Source of the DNA: Octopus sinensis
Lineage: Eukaryota
Direction of reading: 5' to 3'
NCBI RefSeq assembly: GCF_006345805.1
Contig: NC_042998.1
Span: 54,002,001-54,066,000 of the forward strand
DNA: 64,000 nt
Below the pieces are notes generated by a model that searched no databases, was not told where the DNA came from, and saw only the letters and a program-made list of their open reading frames with translations. The translations under genes were made by a program, and so were the position numbers. Positions 12,561 to 25,192 of the stretch are shown here, piece by piece (position 1 is the first letter of the stretch; every line of letters starts with the position of its first letter).

Positions 12561-13098
12561 ATGTGCAGGAGAGAAAGAAAGAAGGCAGGATAGAATGAGT
12601 GAGCGAAAGTATATTTTGTCATGAACGTGCAAGTGGCACACACTCGGTCTCTCACTCTGTAACACACACATCTTTCATATACACATATATAAATACACAT
12701 GCACAGATTTTTATATATACGTATGCATGTGCATGTGAGGGAGAGAGGGAGTGACTGTATTTCCTCATAACATAGAGAAATGGTTGTTTTTTAAGATACA
12801 CACCCATATAGAAAATGTGACATCGCCATCGTTGTCGCTGTGGTATAAAATATTTATGATTGTGACTCATAGAAAAGATTATAATGTAAAATATTTACGA
12901 TTGTTGACTCATAGAAAAGATTATAATGTAAAATATTTGTAATGCAAATATATAAATGAAAATAAGGTTTATTTGGTAGTTTTAAGATTACTGAATTTTT
13001 TTATACCCTATACATCAAAATTAGCAACTCGGTTTTCGAAAGCATAAGGAAGATACACACACACACACACATACTAACCTTTCTTTTATATATATGGA
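12190..13098 (-). mobile_element. Probable non-autonomous Helitron
   Basis: Minus strand begins TCCATATATATAAAAG followed by (GT)n, like TC-initiated Helitron 5' ends; internal tandem duplication at 12860-12940; no 3' CTRR located. Confidence 0.4.
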
Positions 13099-13259
13099 AG
13101 TGTTTCTGTCTGTCGTTCACTCTATCTGTATCACACATTTTCTGTGTGTCTATCTCTTTCTGTCTCCTCCTCTTCCTTGATATCAGTTACCCTCATTATT
13201 CCACATTTCCCTAAACTTAACACTTTTGGAACCCTCTCATTTTATCATGTAATAGCCGA

Positions 13260-13431
13260 ACCCCTATAGATGGTTCATTATTGATTTTTACTGAAATCCA
13301 ATTAGCCTATAATTGAACTGGATATTAGTTCAACATGTATACAAAGTTTGGTGAAGATTAGTTCCCTGGTTTGGGCAGCAAGAGTGTAATAGACAGAGAG
13401 ACAGATAGAAATTGCCATTTATGTATAAGAT
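13260..13431 (-). mobile_element. Probable non-autonomous Helitron 5' fragment
   Basis: Minus strand TCTTATACATAAATGGCAATTTCTATCTGTCTCTCTGTC...CTTCACCAAACTTTG. Confidence 0.35.
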
Positions 13432-13577
13432 ATATATGGATATATACGTATATATCATCATTGTTTAACGTCTGCCTTCCATGCTGGCAAGGTTGGGATG
13501 GTTTGATAGGACCCATCCAGGCAGAAGCCTGCACCAGACTTCTGTGACTATTATGGCAGGATTCTTACAGCATGGAT

Positions 13578-13635
<58 letters not shown>

Positions 13636-15109
13636 ATGTGTATATGTATGTATATTAATATATATCAAACCCAATCATGTTTATCTGCATCACTATAGTT
13701 TTATATAAATGCATGTGTGTATGACTATCCGCACACTTTCTATCTTCCACATTCCCTCACATAGCAGCAATCAGCCAAGAGCTATAGTAGAAGACACTTC
13801 AAGTTGCAATAAAGTAGGACTGAACCTGAACCATGCCAGTGCAAGAGAACTTCTTAACCACCCTGCCATACCTGCACCTGTGTTTGTTTACGCTGCATTT
13901 CAATCAGTTTTTATTCTTGCATATGTACAATGCTCTCTTAGCTTAGGAATAAAAGTTCCTAGTTTTAATCCAGGTTGAGCCAAGTATATATATATATAGA
14001 TATATTCAGGAATGAAACACCTGATGATGATTGGAAATTGGATTGATCAATAATAATGTGGGGTATATAAATATTGTAAGTAAGTATATAACTCTGAAGA
14101 TGAAGTTAGTAAGTTCAGAAAAATATTAACAACAACAACAGTTCATCTCATATTTAGATATCTTATGTTGAGTCATCACAACACACAATTTTCATGCTGT
14201 TTATTACCTCTAGTACATGGCATCATGAAACCTACATCATCTCACATTCTATCTCCCTCTCTCTTATAATCCATTCTTTATCTTTGTTTTTGATTATAAA
14301 ATATGGTATCTTCCTAAGTAAAAAAAAAAAAAGTGGGGAAAAAAAATATTTTCCTGTATCTTAATACTATTGTTAAGTGCCATGCATCACCATGCCAATG
14401 ACTGGCTGACTCACAGATTTTATAATCAGTGTTTTCCTATTCTCTTTCCTTTTAACTTTTCTATTATGTAAAGGTGTCATCTCAGCAAATGTCCAGTGAA
14501 TATTAGATATTTTTTTTTTATTTTATGGGCTACATGAGAAGTGCAGATAAGCAAATCCTATTCTAATACAACAGTGTTACAAATATCTTAGCATGGCTTT
14601 AGTGAATAAGAAAAGATATACCAAGGAAAGCTGAATATGGTTAATTTTATCACAACAGGAATAAATCATATTTTCTGTTTCTCATTTCTTTTAACATGTT
14701 CGCTACTACATCTTTTACTGGAACTTACCTCCACATATTTTGTGCACTACTGCTTTCAGAGGTGAGTGTGTGCTCAACATATCTCATAGTTAAACTTTAA
14801 TATTTAGTACTCATACAGTGGTGAACTGACAGAATCATTAGCACACTGGGCTTAGTGGTATTTTGTCCATCTTTACTTTCTGAGTTCAAATTCCACCTAG
14901 GTTGGCTTTGGCTTTCATCTTTTTGGAGCTGATAAGTGAGAAGACCAAAAATGGCTTGAAAGTCATAACATGCCAGCAGAAAATAACATCACTAGGTGAG
15001 ACAAGATGACACTGAATTAGCTTTGCTGACTGACAGGTGACGGTCGTTTACAGAATGCATGGGCGTGGGCTAAGACTATGCATCAGTTAAAGGTAATGAA
15101 GGAAAGTAT

Positions 15110-15530
15110 CTTCTTTTAAACATTTTCCTTTAAATCTTAAGGACTTGCAGATTTTTATCGTCCCAGATATCATGATCATTCGTAGCATATGAATTAATGA
15201 TTTGCATTCTCTCCCGCAAATCCCATGTTCAACCATACTTTGCTCCAGACAGGTTGGTATGTACCTTGTTGCTCCAATAATAATAGGTACGAAGTTGAAA
15301 GTGTATTTTAGGTACTTACCAATGGTCCACAGACGTCCCCTTTCTCTTGTAGTTTTCTAAACCATATTCATGTCCAGAACATATTTTTTCTTTACAGCCT
15401 CACACAACAATTTTAACTTGGTGGCTTTTTAAATTTTTAAGTTCCACCAACATTTTTGATGCACCAATATTTTCATTTTTGTTATCCTGCTCCAGACTGT
15501 TCTGGTCATCATGTCATGCCTCATGGGAAG
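15110..15530 (-). mobile_element. R4/Dong-clade LINE relic (restriction-like endonuclease C-terminus)
   Basis: Manual translation FVPIIIGATRYIPTCL...ISGTIKICKSL, homologous to the end of the 16160-16880 relic. Confidence 0.65.
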
Positions 15531-16159
15531 AAAATATATATGCATGTCATTATTCAGTTTATTTCAAGATTTCTTGCCAATAGAGAAAGTGCTGGTTTCT
15601 AACTTAGATCCAAGATTCCTTCATTGGAATTTCAACAACATCAACAGGGTATTTTTGTATGTATGTATGTATACATGCAGATTTGTATGTTTTGTTTTAT
15701 GTAGGTACTTTCATGCAAAAGTTGGTTTAATTGCTCTTCATCGAACTCAACTGGACAGCCATAACGAGGCACGTCTTTGAGGTCAAAATTTCTATTTTTG
15801 AACTTGGCATACCAATCACGAGCAGTTCTTTCATCTATGGCACCCTCTCCTTACACAACACAAATGTCGTGAGTAGCTTTTGCAGCCTTAGAACCTTGAT
15901 TAAAAGCAAAAGGAAGGAAGTGTCAAAAATGCTCATTTTTCTTAACTTGACATTCCATTTTAATGATCTGAAAATAAACAAAAATTAACTAAAATTAACT
16001 AGAAAAAAAAAGATTCCAAATGATTCAAAAATAGAATTCTCAAAAGAAATAGATTCCAAAGTTTAAAAATGCAGTAAATTCCAAAATTTAAAAAAAACAG
16101 TGGGAACTTAGTTGCCAACCCCATAAGTTGCATATCTAGACATGCTCATATATACTTAA

Positions 16160-16880
16160 CTGATAAACTTCTGGAAAGTTTTACAGATTTTTACAGGTCC
16201 ATTGATGGGATGGATCTGTAGTCTTCAAATCAGCTTTCTCCTTTCTGGTTTTGAGAAGCTTAATTTCTCACAATTGGTATTTCGGCAGTGTGTTACATAT
16301 CCCAGTGCCCCAATAATTACAAATATAAATCTGAACTTGTAATCTAGATAGAGTAACTGCAGATTTCTCAATAGTTCAGTGTAGGTATTCTCTTTTTCAC
16401 TGATCTTCAGCTTTATGTCAACATCCACTTGGTGGCTGATTTCCACAACTGTACACAGTTTCTCTTCTCTATCCCAAATGACTATGTCAGGTCAATCATG
16501 TTTAAATTTTATTGAGGTCTTCACCGGGGCGTTCCAGCAGTACTCCTGTTTATTATGAGTGACTATAGCTTCTACCATACTGTGGAGTCTCATATCTTTG
16601 TCCTCAGAGTTATCCTTCCGACAGATTTAATTATATGGTGTCCTAGCTACATCATGCCTCATCAGTACATAATACCATGATAACATTTTTGGACAACTGC
16701 TTATGATGTGAATAATATTTTCGATGTTAACTCCACAAAGTCTACATCATTTGTCACATTTTACTGCTTTTCCTGCATCTCTGTCCATTTAGTGCATCAA
16801 GTAATTGGTTGGTATTTTCTGTTCCTGGATTGCAAACATATCCCCTTGAAAGTGGGAGGTAGTAATCTGGTTGGTGGTCC
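16160..16880 (-). mobile_element. R4/Dong-clade LINE relic (CCHC knuckle and REL endonuclease)
   Basis: FAIQEQKIPTNY...CRLCGVNIENIIHIISSC...RHD...PDIVIWDREEK..VVEI...VIIGALG; stops and frameshifts present. Confidence 0.85.
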
Positions 16881-18672
16881 ATGATAAACTGATTTGATGA
16901 TCAATGTTTCTATCATCATAGAGCTTTCTACTAACATATCCATACATGTGTATGTACGTATGTGCACACACATGCATGCATATGTGTGTTTGTGCCTCAT
17001 TGTATCATAGTTATAAACGAATGCCATTGTCATAAACATAGTGTTAATTAATTCCAATTTTCTATGAAAACATATTTTGTCATGGGGAAATATCATTTTG
17101 TTTGGAAACAACTGAGGTTTGACAATAAGAAGGGCATCCAGCTATAGAAAATTTGCCTCTACAAATTCTGTCTGACCCATGCAAGTTTCAAAAATTAGGT
17201 GTTAAAATGATGATGATGATATATGATATAATATGAATTGTAAATTAATTACAGTTCTATAATACAACATAATTACTAAACAAGCCCAGTTTTGTGGTTG
17301 AGAGAGTGCTGGTATGACTGCAATTGAGATGTTTATTTTGTAGTCATGTAGTTCTGTGTTTGATCATACGCATCAGAACTTTAGACAAATGCATTCTACT
17401 GTAACCATTCTTTGTTTTAAGATGATCGTGTTTAATATGAGGGAGAATTAGGCATCATTTGCAGCAGCTGTTGCTCCTTTATTGACTCATGCCACGTAAT
17501 GTATTTAACCATAACAAACCAAAATATATATATAAACATATAAATAAGTATGTTATGAATATTAAATTTGTCTTCATTCACTGAACAATAATAACAGTCA
17601 GTTCTTTTACACAATATTTCTTCCTTGATATAAGGCAGCAAGTTGGCAGAATTGTTAGCATGCCAAGCAAAATACTTAGCAGTATTTCATCTGCCCTTAT
17701 GGTCTGAGTTCAAATTTTGCTGCAGTCAATTTTACCTTTCAGGGTTGATAAAATAAGTTGAGTAACCGACTTTTCCCTTCCCTCATGTTGCTAGCCTTGT
17801 GCTAAAATTAAAAACCAATATTTCTTCTTTGTTCCTCATAGCAAGATCTGCTCTCCTTTTCTCTATCATATGGTCCAATAGGGTATTTAATGTCCTAAAG
17901 AGTATTGCTATCTCATTCTTCCTTTTGCAAAGACACTGTATCTTAAACAAAATTAATCAATGTTTCCTTTGTCTTTTTTTTCTTTTAAACAATTAAGTCT
18001 GATATGAGGGAGAATTAGCTGCGAGTTCCAGCATCAGAAGCTCCCTCCCGGTCACATGGCATATAATATATTTAACTACAACGAAACCAAATATTATATA
18101 AATAGGTATGTTATAAATATTAAATTTGTTTCATTCACTGAACTTCAATAGCAATCAATGCTTGTGCACAGTATTTCCTTCTTGTTTCCCACATCAATAT
18201 CTGCTTTTCTTCTCTTTATCATATGGTCACATAGGGTGTTAATGTCCTAAAGAGTTTTGCTGTCTTTAGATTCATGTATACACCAAGCTTAGTGTTTATA
18301 TTATTTCCTTGTTCTCTCTCTCCCCCCTTCCTCTCCTTCTCTCTCTTTCTAACATAAATTCTCATTCAATTTGCCATAGACGAACTGAGCTATAATATCA
18401 CTTCTTTTATATTCATATTGAGCCAGTTTATTGCTATTTTTACCACATGTGCTGTATTTTCATCCTACATAATAGTGATTCAATGGTCTTATCTATATGG
18501 AATTTGATGTAGTCAGATTTTAGAGCCACTTTCAAAGGCTTTGATCTGATTTTGCTATCCAGGATTTTATCAAATCAGCAACTTCATCAATCTGTTTGAA
18601 ATACTCCCTATATATATATATATATATATCATCACTACCACCGCCACCACCACTCCTACCACCACTACCATC

Positions 18673-18704
<32 letters not shown>

Positions 18705-19230
18705 ACAGTGGATTGGCAAAGTCCTTTAAGTGTCGGAATAAAATGCCTTGTGGTAATGTGACATTTGTTCTACCCCTTTACATTCTGAGTTCAAATTCTG
18801 CTGAGATCAACTTTGCCTTTCATCATTTTGGGGCTTGATAAAATAAAGCACCAATCAAATTCTAGGATCAATGGCAACAACTATCCCCTTCTTCTCAAAA
18901 CCAGCATAAATTAGAAATTATCATCATCATCAAGGTGGCAGAATTATTAGCATGCCAGGCAAACTGTTTAGTGCCATTTCATCCGTCCTCATGTTCTAAC
19001 TTCATATATCTCCATCCTTTTGAGGTCAATAAAATAAGTACCAGTTGATGACTGGTGAGGAAAATGTAACTAACTTACCCTTTTCCCAAACTTGGTCTGT
19101 TCTTTTCTAGCACCTGATCTGTTTGGATTGGGAAATCCCAGAGGATTTTGCAAGTCTCTAACTCTGCCACTCTCAGCAGTTTATGCTCATACCACATCTT
19201 GCCTCTCTCTAGCCCCAAATTTACACACAA

Positions 19231-19592
19231 TTATTACCTCTGCCTTAATGAAGGCGGATGTATTTTTTCATGTTTGTTTGTCCATGTACAATATATTACA
19301 AAAACTGCTGAATGGATTTGAATGAAACTTTCAGGGATGTTTGGCTTCATGGCTGGCATGAACTGATTAGATTTTGGGATTGATTTGGTACTAGACCAGG
19401 ATTCTGGATTATTTTTCCTGATTTTTTTACTTAAGTTTTGAGTGCAGTCAGGTTCTTTTTAGTATTTTCATTTGTGAGAACAGTCAAGTTTATTTCAGAT
19501 ATCCTCATTTTAAAAGTCATCTCTGGCTAGACATTGAGAGGATGTTGGTGTTGCCTTGGCAGAGGTTTATGCTCTCTGAGTGCTCTTGTTGT
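19231..19592 (+). mobile_element. Helentron-associated (HINE/DINE-1-like) non-autonomous element
   Basis: 5' TTATTACCTCTGCC with nearby complement AAGGCGGA; 3' subterminal GGCAGAGGT followed by a short GCTCTCTGAGTGC hairpin and T-rich end. Confidence 0.6.
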
Positions 19593-21045
19593 TTTTATCA
19601 TTATTATTATTATAATTATTATCATCATTATTAATATTTTCTGATTGATTTGAATTTGATTTCATCTTCTGATTGTGACAAACTTCATTAGTATTATTGT
19701 TACTATAATTATTATTATTCTGCAGAGGTCAACTTTGCTTTTCATACTATTGGGGTCGAGAAATTAAGTACCAGTTGAACACTGGGTTGATGTAATCAAC
19801 ACATCTCCTCCACCAAATTGGCTGCCCTTGTGGCAAAATTTGAAACCATTATTGTTATTATTATTATTATTATTACATATTTTATTGACCCAGAAATTAT
19901 GAAAGTCAATGTCAAATTCTGCCGAGGTCGACTTTGCCTTTCATCCTTTCTGGGTCAATAAAATATGTACCATTTCAGTACTGCAGTTAATGTTTTCAAC
20001 TCATCTCCATGATTGTTAGTGGCATTTTGTCTGTCTTTACGTTCTGAAATCAAATGCTGCTGAAGTTGACTTTGCCTTTCATCTTTTTGGGGTTGATAAA
20101 ATAAGTACCAATTGAGTACTGGGGTTAAATGTAATCAACTTACCCACTCCCCCAAAAATTGCTTGCACTGTCAAAAATTTGAAACCATATTATCATTATC
20201 ATTATTATTATCATCATCATTATCATCGTTATTATTATTATTACTATTGACTTTTGGCAAATATTTAAGAAGATATTGTTATGCTTTTACTATTACCTAT
20301 AATTGGTTTGTCCAGGACTAAAATTATCAGCTTAGCAATTCCTTGTATGTTTGATCTTCTAATGAGCAAATTCCTTGTGTTTGCTGATTATCTGAAATCA
20401 TTTTTGCATTTCAAAATTCTGAGTGTTGAGGAGTTTTAGGGACAACTTCAAAAGACTGACAAGGAAATTGAATTCAGCTTTACTTATATTATGCACTGTT
20501 ATCAAGAATACATATATCTATAGTTATGAAAGTAGAGAGGTGGAAACCATGCATACACACACATATGTATATATTCATACAAATATGCATATAAATACAT
20601 TCAGAGTCAAAGCTAAACACATATAGCTGTATATATGCATGTATGTGTATAAAGATCACCAAGCTCATATGTATCCATGACTTTTAAGTTCAACAACTCC
20701 AATGCAAGAATATTGGAGTGTGACATTATAATTGGTGGTGATGGGAGACAATTATTTTATGAAATTTTTTATGAAATTTTTTTTTGTATAGCTTAACAAG
20801 CAAATTTTTATGAATCTAAACTAAAAAAAATACATCATTCTTAAAACTGAAAATAAACAAATTAAATTTATTGCATTTGATCATTTCTTTCAAAAATCAA
20901 ATTAAAAAATGTATGAAATGCACTAAATTGAAAGCATATTTCGCAAGAAGTCAAAATCTTATAATTATAAAATTATCAAATACAACTAAAAAACGCAATC
21001 ACCTTTGATGGTATATACATATTATATGCATATTACATATATATA

Positions 21046-21226
21046 TATCTGTAAATGTAATATGTGACAATTATTCAGTAGCCATGATATAACTCTGAGT
21101 TTCGGATGCCGAGGTGGAAATCCACGAAGCCATCTCTTCAGTTATCCGGCCATCAGAAAAATACATCCAAAACTCGGAGTTGTATCATGGCTACTGAATA
21201 ATTGTCACATGTTACATTTACAGATA
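21046..21226. mobile_element. Fold-back element next to (TA)n with hammerhead-like core on minus strand
   Basis: 63-bp inverted arms with 4 transitions; minus strand GATAA-CTGAAGA-GATG...CATCC-GAAA-CTCAGAG-TT-ATATC. Confidence 0.65.
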
Positions 21227-21292
21227 AATTCCTCTATTTACATAATATCAAGGTCTCTTTCATTCTTTTGTTGTCTTACTTTTTTTATCAAC

Positions 21293-21338
<46 letters not shown>

Positions 21339-21529
21339 AGTCAACAGATGAGATCCTCCACTGATAGAAAACAGTAGCACTCAAATGATTATAAGTTATA
21401 CTTTGAAATTTTTACTGAGGACTAAGCATGCAGAATAAAGAGTAGCTATAAAAGGAATCCAGGTGAGCTGATATGGAGATAATGATGCAATTAAATAAAG
21501 AAAACCACTTGGGCTAGATATATAAAATA

Positions 21530-21905
21530 TACAGGAGTGGTTGTGTAGTATGTACCTTGCTTACCAACGACATGGTTCTGGGTTCAGTCCCACTGCATGG
21601 CACCTTGAGCAAGAGTCTTCTACTATAGTCTCAGGCTGACCAAAGCCTTGTGAGTGGATTTGGTTGATGGAAACTGAAGTAAACCCGTCGTATATATGTG
21701 TGTATGCGTGCGTGTGCGTCTGTGTTTGTCTCTCCAACATCACTTAACGACCAATGCTTGTGTCATTACATGCCCAGTTCAGCAAAAGAGATAGCTAGAA
21801 TAAGTACCAGGCTTACAAAGAATAAGTCCTGGGGTCAATTTGCTCTATTAAATGTGGTGCTCCAACATGGCCACAGTCAAATGAATGAAACAAACAAAAG
21901 AATAA
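21530..21905 (+). mobile_element. tRNA-derived SINE, family A (CORE-like segment, internal microsatellite)
   Basis: GGAGTGGTTGTGTAGTA...GGTTCAGTCCC...CACCTTGAGCAAG; TG/TA tract; tail CATGGCCACAGTCAAATGAATGAAAC. Confidence 0.85.
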
Positions 21906-22479
21906 AAAAATATATAGATGCAAGCAGAGAGAAAACAAAGACTGAAAATATTCAGGAAATGAATATTCATGTATGAATATATAGGTATTTATATAGTAAC
22001 AAAGTAGACTTACACAAAGTACAAAGACACAAGCAATTAAGGGAAGGTAAGGTATTATGGGTCCGACAGTTGTTTCTGGAGGCTCAGAATTACATCATAA
22101 TGTTGGCAGATGTAGTTTACAAAAAGTTAAGGATATGCAACCAGTAGTGGAAGCATTTAGACATTAGGTAATTTCAGCCAACAGACATTTTCTTTTATTC
22201 TTTTACTTGTTTCAGTCATTTGACTGTAGCCATGCTGGAGCACCACCTTGAAAGGTTTGAGTTGAACAAATCGACACCAGGACTTATTTATTTGTAAGCC
22301 TAGTACTTATTCTATTGGCCTCTTTTGCTGAACTGCTAAGTTATGAGGATGTAAACACACCAACACCAGTTTCAAACAGTGAGTGGGGCACAAATATACA
22401 TACAAAGACACACACACACATATATAACAGGAAGGGAGGAATTAAAATTATCTCCACGTGGTAAGTTGTAATATATATA

Positions 22480-23030
22480 AGAAATTAAAGAAGGAAAATG
22501 CACACACTTTACATAGTCTTAATATGATTTTTAATATATCTTATATTGTGTTTGTTGACCGGTTTCATTTTTACTAATCATGACATTAAAATTTATTTGA
22601 GTTTATGAATGAATCATTCAACAAGTAAAAAATCTAAGAGGAGGCAACTGGTTATCGTTATTATTGTGGACAGGGGAGGGAATATATATACACAAAAATT
22701 CAAAAACTAGAGTAGTGGGGAGAAATATGTACAGTGATGGGTATGTAATAATGAATTAAAATATGTATAGAGATGAAAGTTGGTTATGCGTGCATATTTA
22801 GATGTGTTCTGTATTTTTTGATGAATAAATTTTCTTTATTTAAACATTCTTCTATAGAAACAAATTATATCTTTGCACTGGTAGAAGGGGAAATCTGTGA
22901 AATATGTATTTAAATAAATTTTAATGTCATGATTAGTGAAAGCGAAACCAGTCGACAAACTCAATATATGATGTATTAAAAATTATATTAACAATATGTA
23001 AAATGTGTGCATTTTCCTTCTTTAATTTCT
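22480..23030. mobile_element. Fold-back element with ~120-bp inverted arms, nested in a family A SINE
   Basis: 22480-22599 is the reverse complement of 22911-23030; arms contain GAAACC(G/A)GTC. Confidence 0.65.
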
Positions 23031-24309
23031 GATGTGTGGATGTGTGTGTGCGTGTGTGTGTGTATGTACATGAAAGGCTTCTTTCAGTCTCTGTCTACCA
23101 AATCCACTCACAAGAACTTTGTCTGGTCTGAGGCTATGGTAGAAGACACTTGCTCAAGTTGCCACACAGTGGGACTGAACCCAGAACCATGTGGCTTGGA
23201 AGCAAGCTTCTTGCCACACACAAAATACTTTATATATATAAACTATTTGAAAAGAAAGAAGAGCTCCTTGACAAGTGCATATTTCTTCATTATTTCTTCT
23301 TCACTGGGAAAGCATGAAGCTAATAAAATATAATTCTGCTTTGAAAACAGGAAAAAATAGAAAATGCAAGAAAATATGTATATACCTGAATATCAGATAA
23401 GGAATATGGAGATTTGACATTGTGTTTGTGTGAGTATCTCATGAAATATGTGATCCTGCCTTTTTCTAAATAGTGCATTATATATCAACTCCCTCAGCTC
23501 AGATCCTTATCAGATTTGTATAGTCCTGGTTAAATAGATTAAAACTAATCTCAAACCAATAGACATTTTTTTACCTCACAGTTAAGTAGTGCAATATCTA
23601 TATTGATTCCTTAAAGTCAGATTCTTACCAGAATCATATGGTCCTTATTATTTAGGTTAAAAAGGGTAATACACTGAGAGAATTGTTGGTACATTAGACA
23701 AAAAGCAAAACAGCATTTTTTCTACCTCATTAAGTTCTGAGTTCAAATTTCTCTGAGGTCAACCTGCCTTTTATCCTTATGGAGTCAATAAAATAACTAC
23801 CTACTGAATACTGAGGGTGGTGTGATTAACTGAATCCTTCCTGCTAAAATTACTGGCTTTGTGTAGGTTAAAACTAATATCAAGATATTAGAAATTTTGT
23901 GGCACACAGTCAAAGGGTGAAGGATGATACCTATGACCTTTGCTTTTTATGACTTGTAGGAGGAAGGGAGAGAGTTATCTTCAAACTGGAGATCTATTTA
24001 GAGGATTCTCACAAGCCAAAACACACAACCATGCCTGTACCATATGAATGGAACAAAAACATGGTTTCAACATGGAGCAGTGTTGATAGTAAAAAGGGTA
24101 ATTCACTTAGAACAGAGATTCTCAACTGGAGTCCATATAAGATTTTTGGAGGTCTATGAAAGCAAAATAATAAACTGATGATCCATAGTAGTATTTTAAG
24201 GGTCCATGAAAAAACTTTTGCTTCATATGTATTTATTGCAAGACACAGCTAGGTTTCTTTCTTTAATGTTTTACCTAGTTCAACATGTTTCTGGCAACTG
24301 AAATGTCCC

Positions 24310-24500
24310 CAGTGCAAGACATACAAGCATTTCAATGACAATCTTAAAACATACTTAAAAAGATCAATATTGATACTCACACCAGAGAAGATTTTGCATC
24401 AGATAGGGTGCTGTGACGGAATTTGATTGCAATTGATGTTAAAGAATTTGAGAACAACGGGGTTGCATACACTGACTTGAAACACACTGGTAAATATATG
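24310..24500 (+). mobile_element. Decayed RTE-type LINE C-terminal fragment
   Basis: HFNDNLKTYLKKINIDTHTREDFASDRVL*RNLIAIDVKEFEN resembles the RTE ORF end (LK..LK..NID...WE.LA.DR..WR). Confidence 0.55.
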
Positions 24501-25192
24501 GAGGATGCAAACATTCTCTCTTCGAAGAAGGCTAGTCCAATGGTGTGTTACTCAGGGGTTCCCATGGTGTGCAGCTGTTTCATCAAATAAGTCAAAAGTG
24601 GTGAAGAGACATGCTTCATCATGACATTAACAGCCATACATTGAAAACATGCTTATATTGGTAGTATGGCTGAAATGACTCAAGAAAAATAACTATAACA
24701 GCTTTTCCCATGCAATTGTTGCCATCAAATTATTGAAGCATGTTTTGTGGGCAGTTTGGATGTGTCTGAAGAAGTGGTTTCACACTATGGAAATTTCCTG
24801 AGTAACAACCATTGGACTGATTTTAACTCTTCAGCATTCAGATCCCTCTGTCAAATATAATGCTAATTTATTCACATTGCTTTTAATTAATCAGGCATTA
24901 TTTTGGAGTTTCGAGATTCCTACGATGAGACTGTTTTCCCTTAGAATAACATTGTAAGGCAGGTGTGAGAGATCTGATCTAGCTAGTTTGTAAGTAAAAG
25001 AGATAGAATATTTGGGTTGGATATGGCTTATTTAAATACTAAAGGGCTAATAAACCACTGTATTCTGTGCTTGTATTGATTATGTTTTGGCTGGATCATT
25101 ACCAAACAATGGTATCTATCTCTACCCATACATACATACAGGCATATGCATATATCTATCTATCTATCTATATCTATATATATATATATATA

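Noticed and set aside
14729-14790. Minus-strand exon ending at GAG|GTAAGT
   Set aside because: No acceptor is visible and a SINE lies immediately upstream.
22060-22085. Hammerhead 3' half GAAACAACTGTC on the minus strand
   Set aside because: No matching CTGANGA box or stem II was found nearby.
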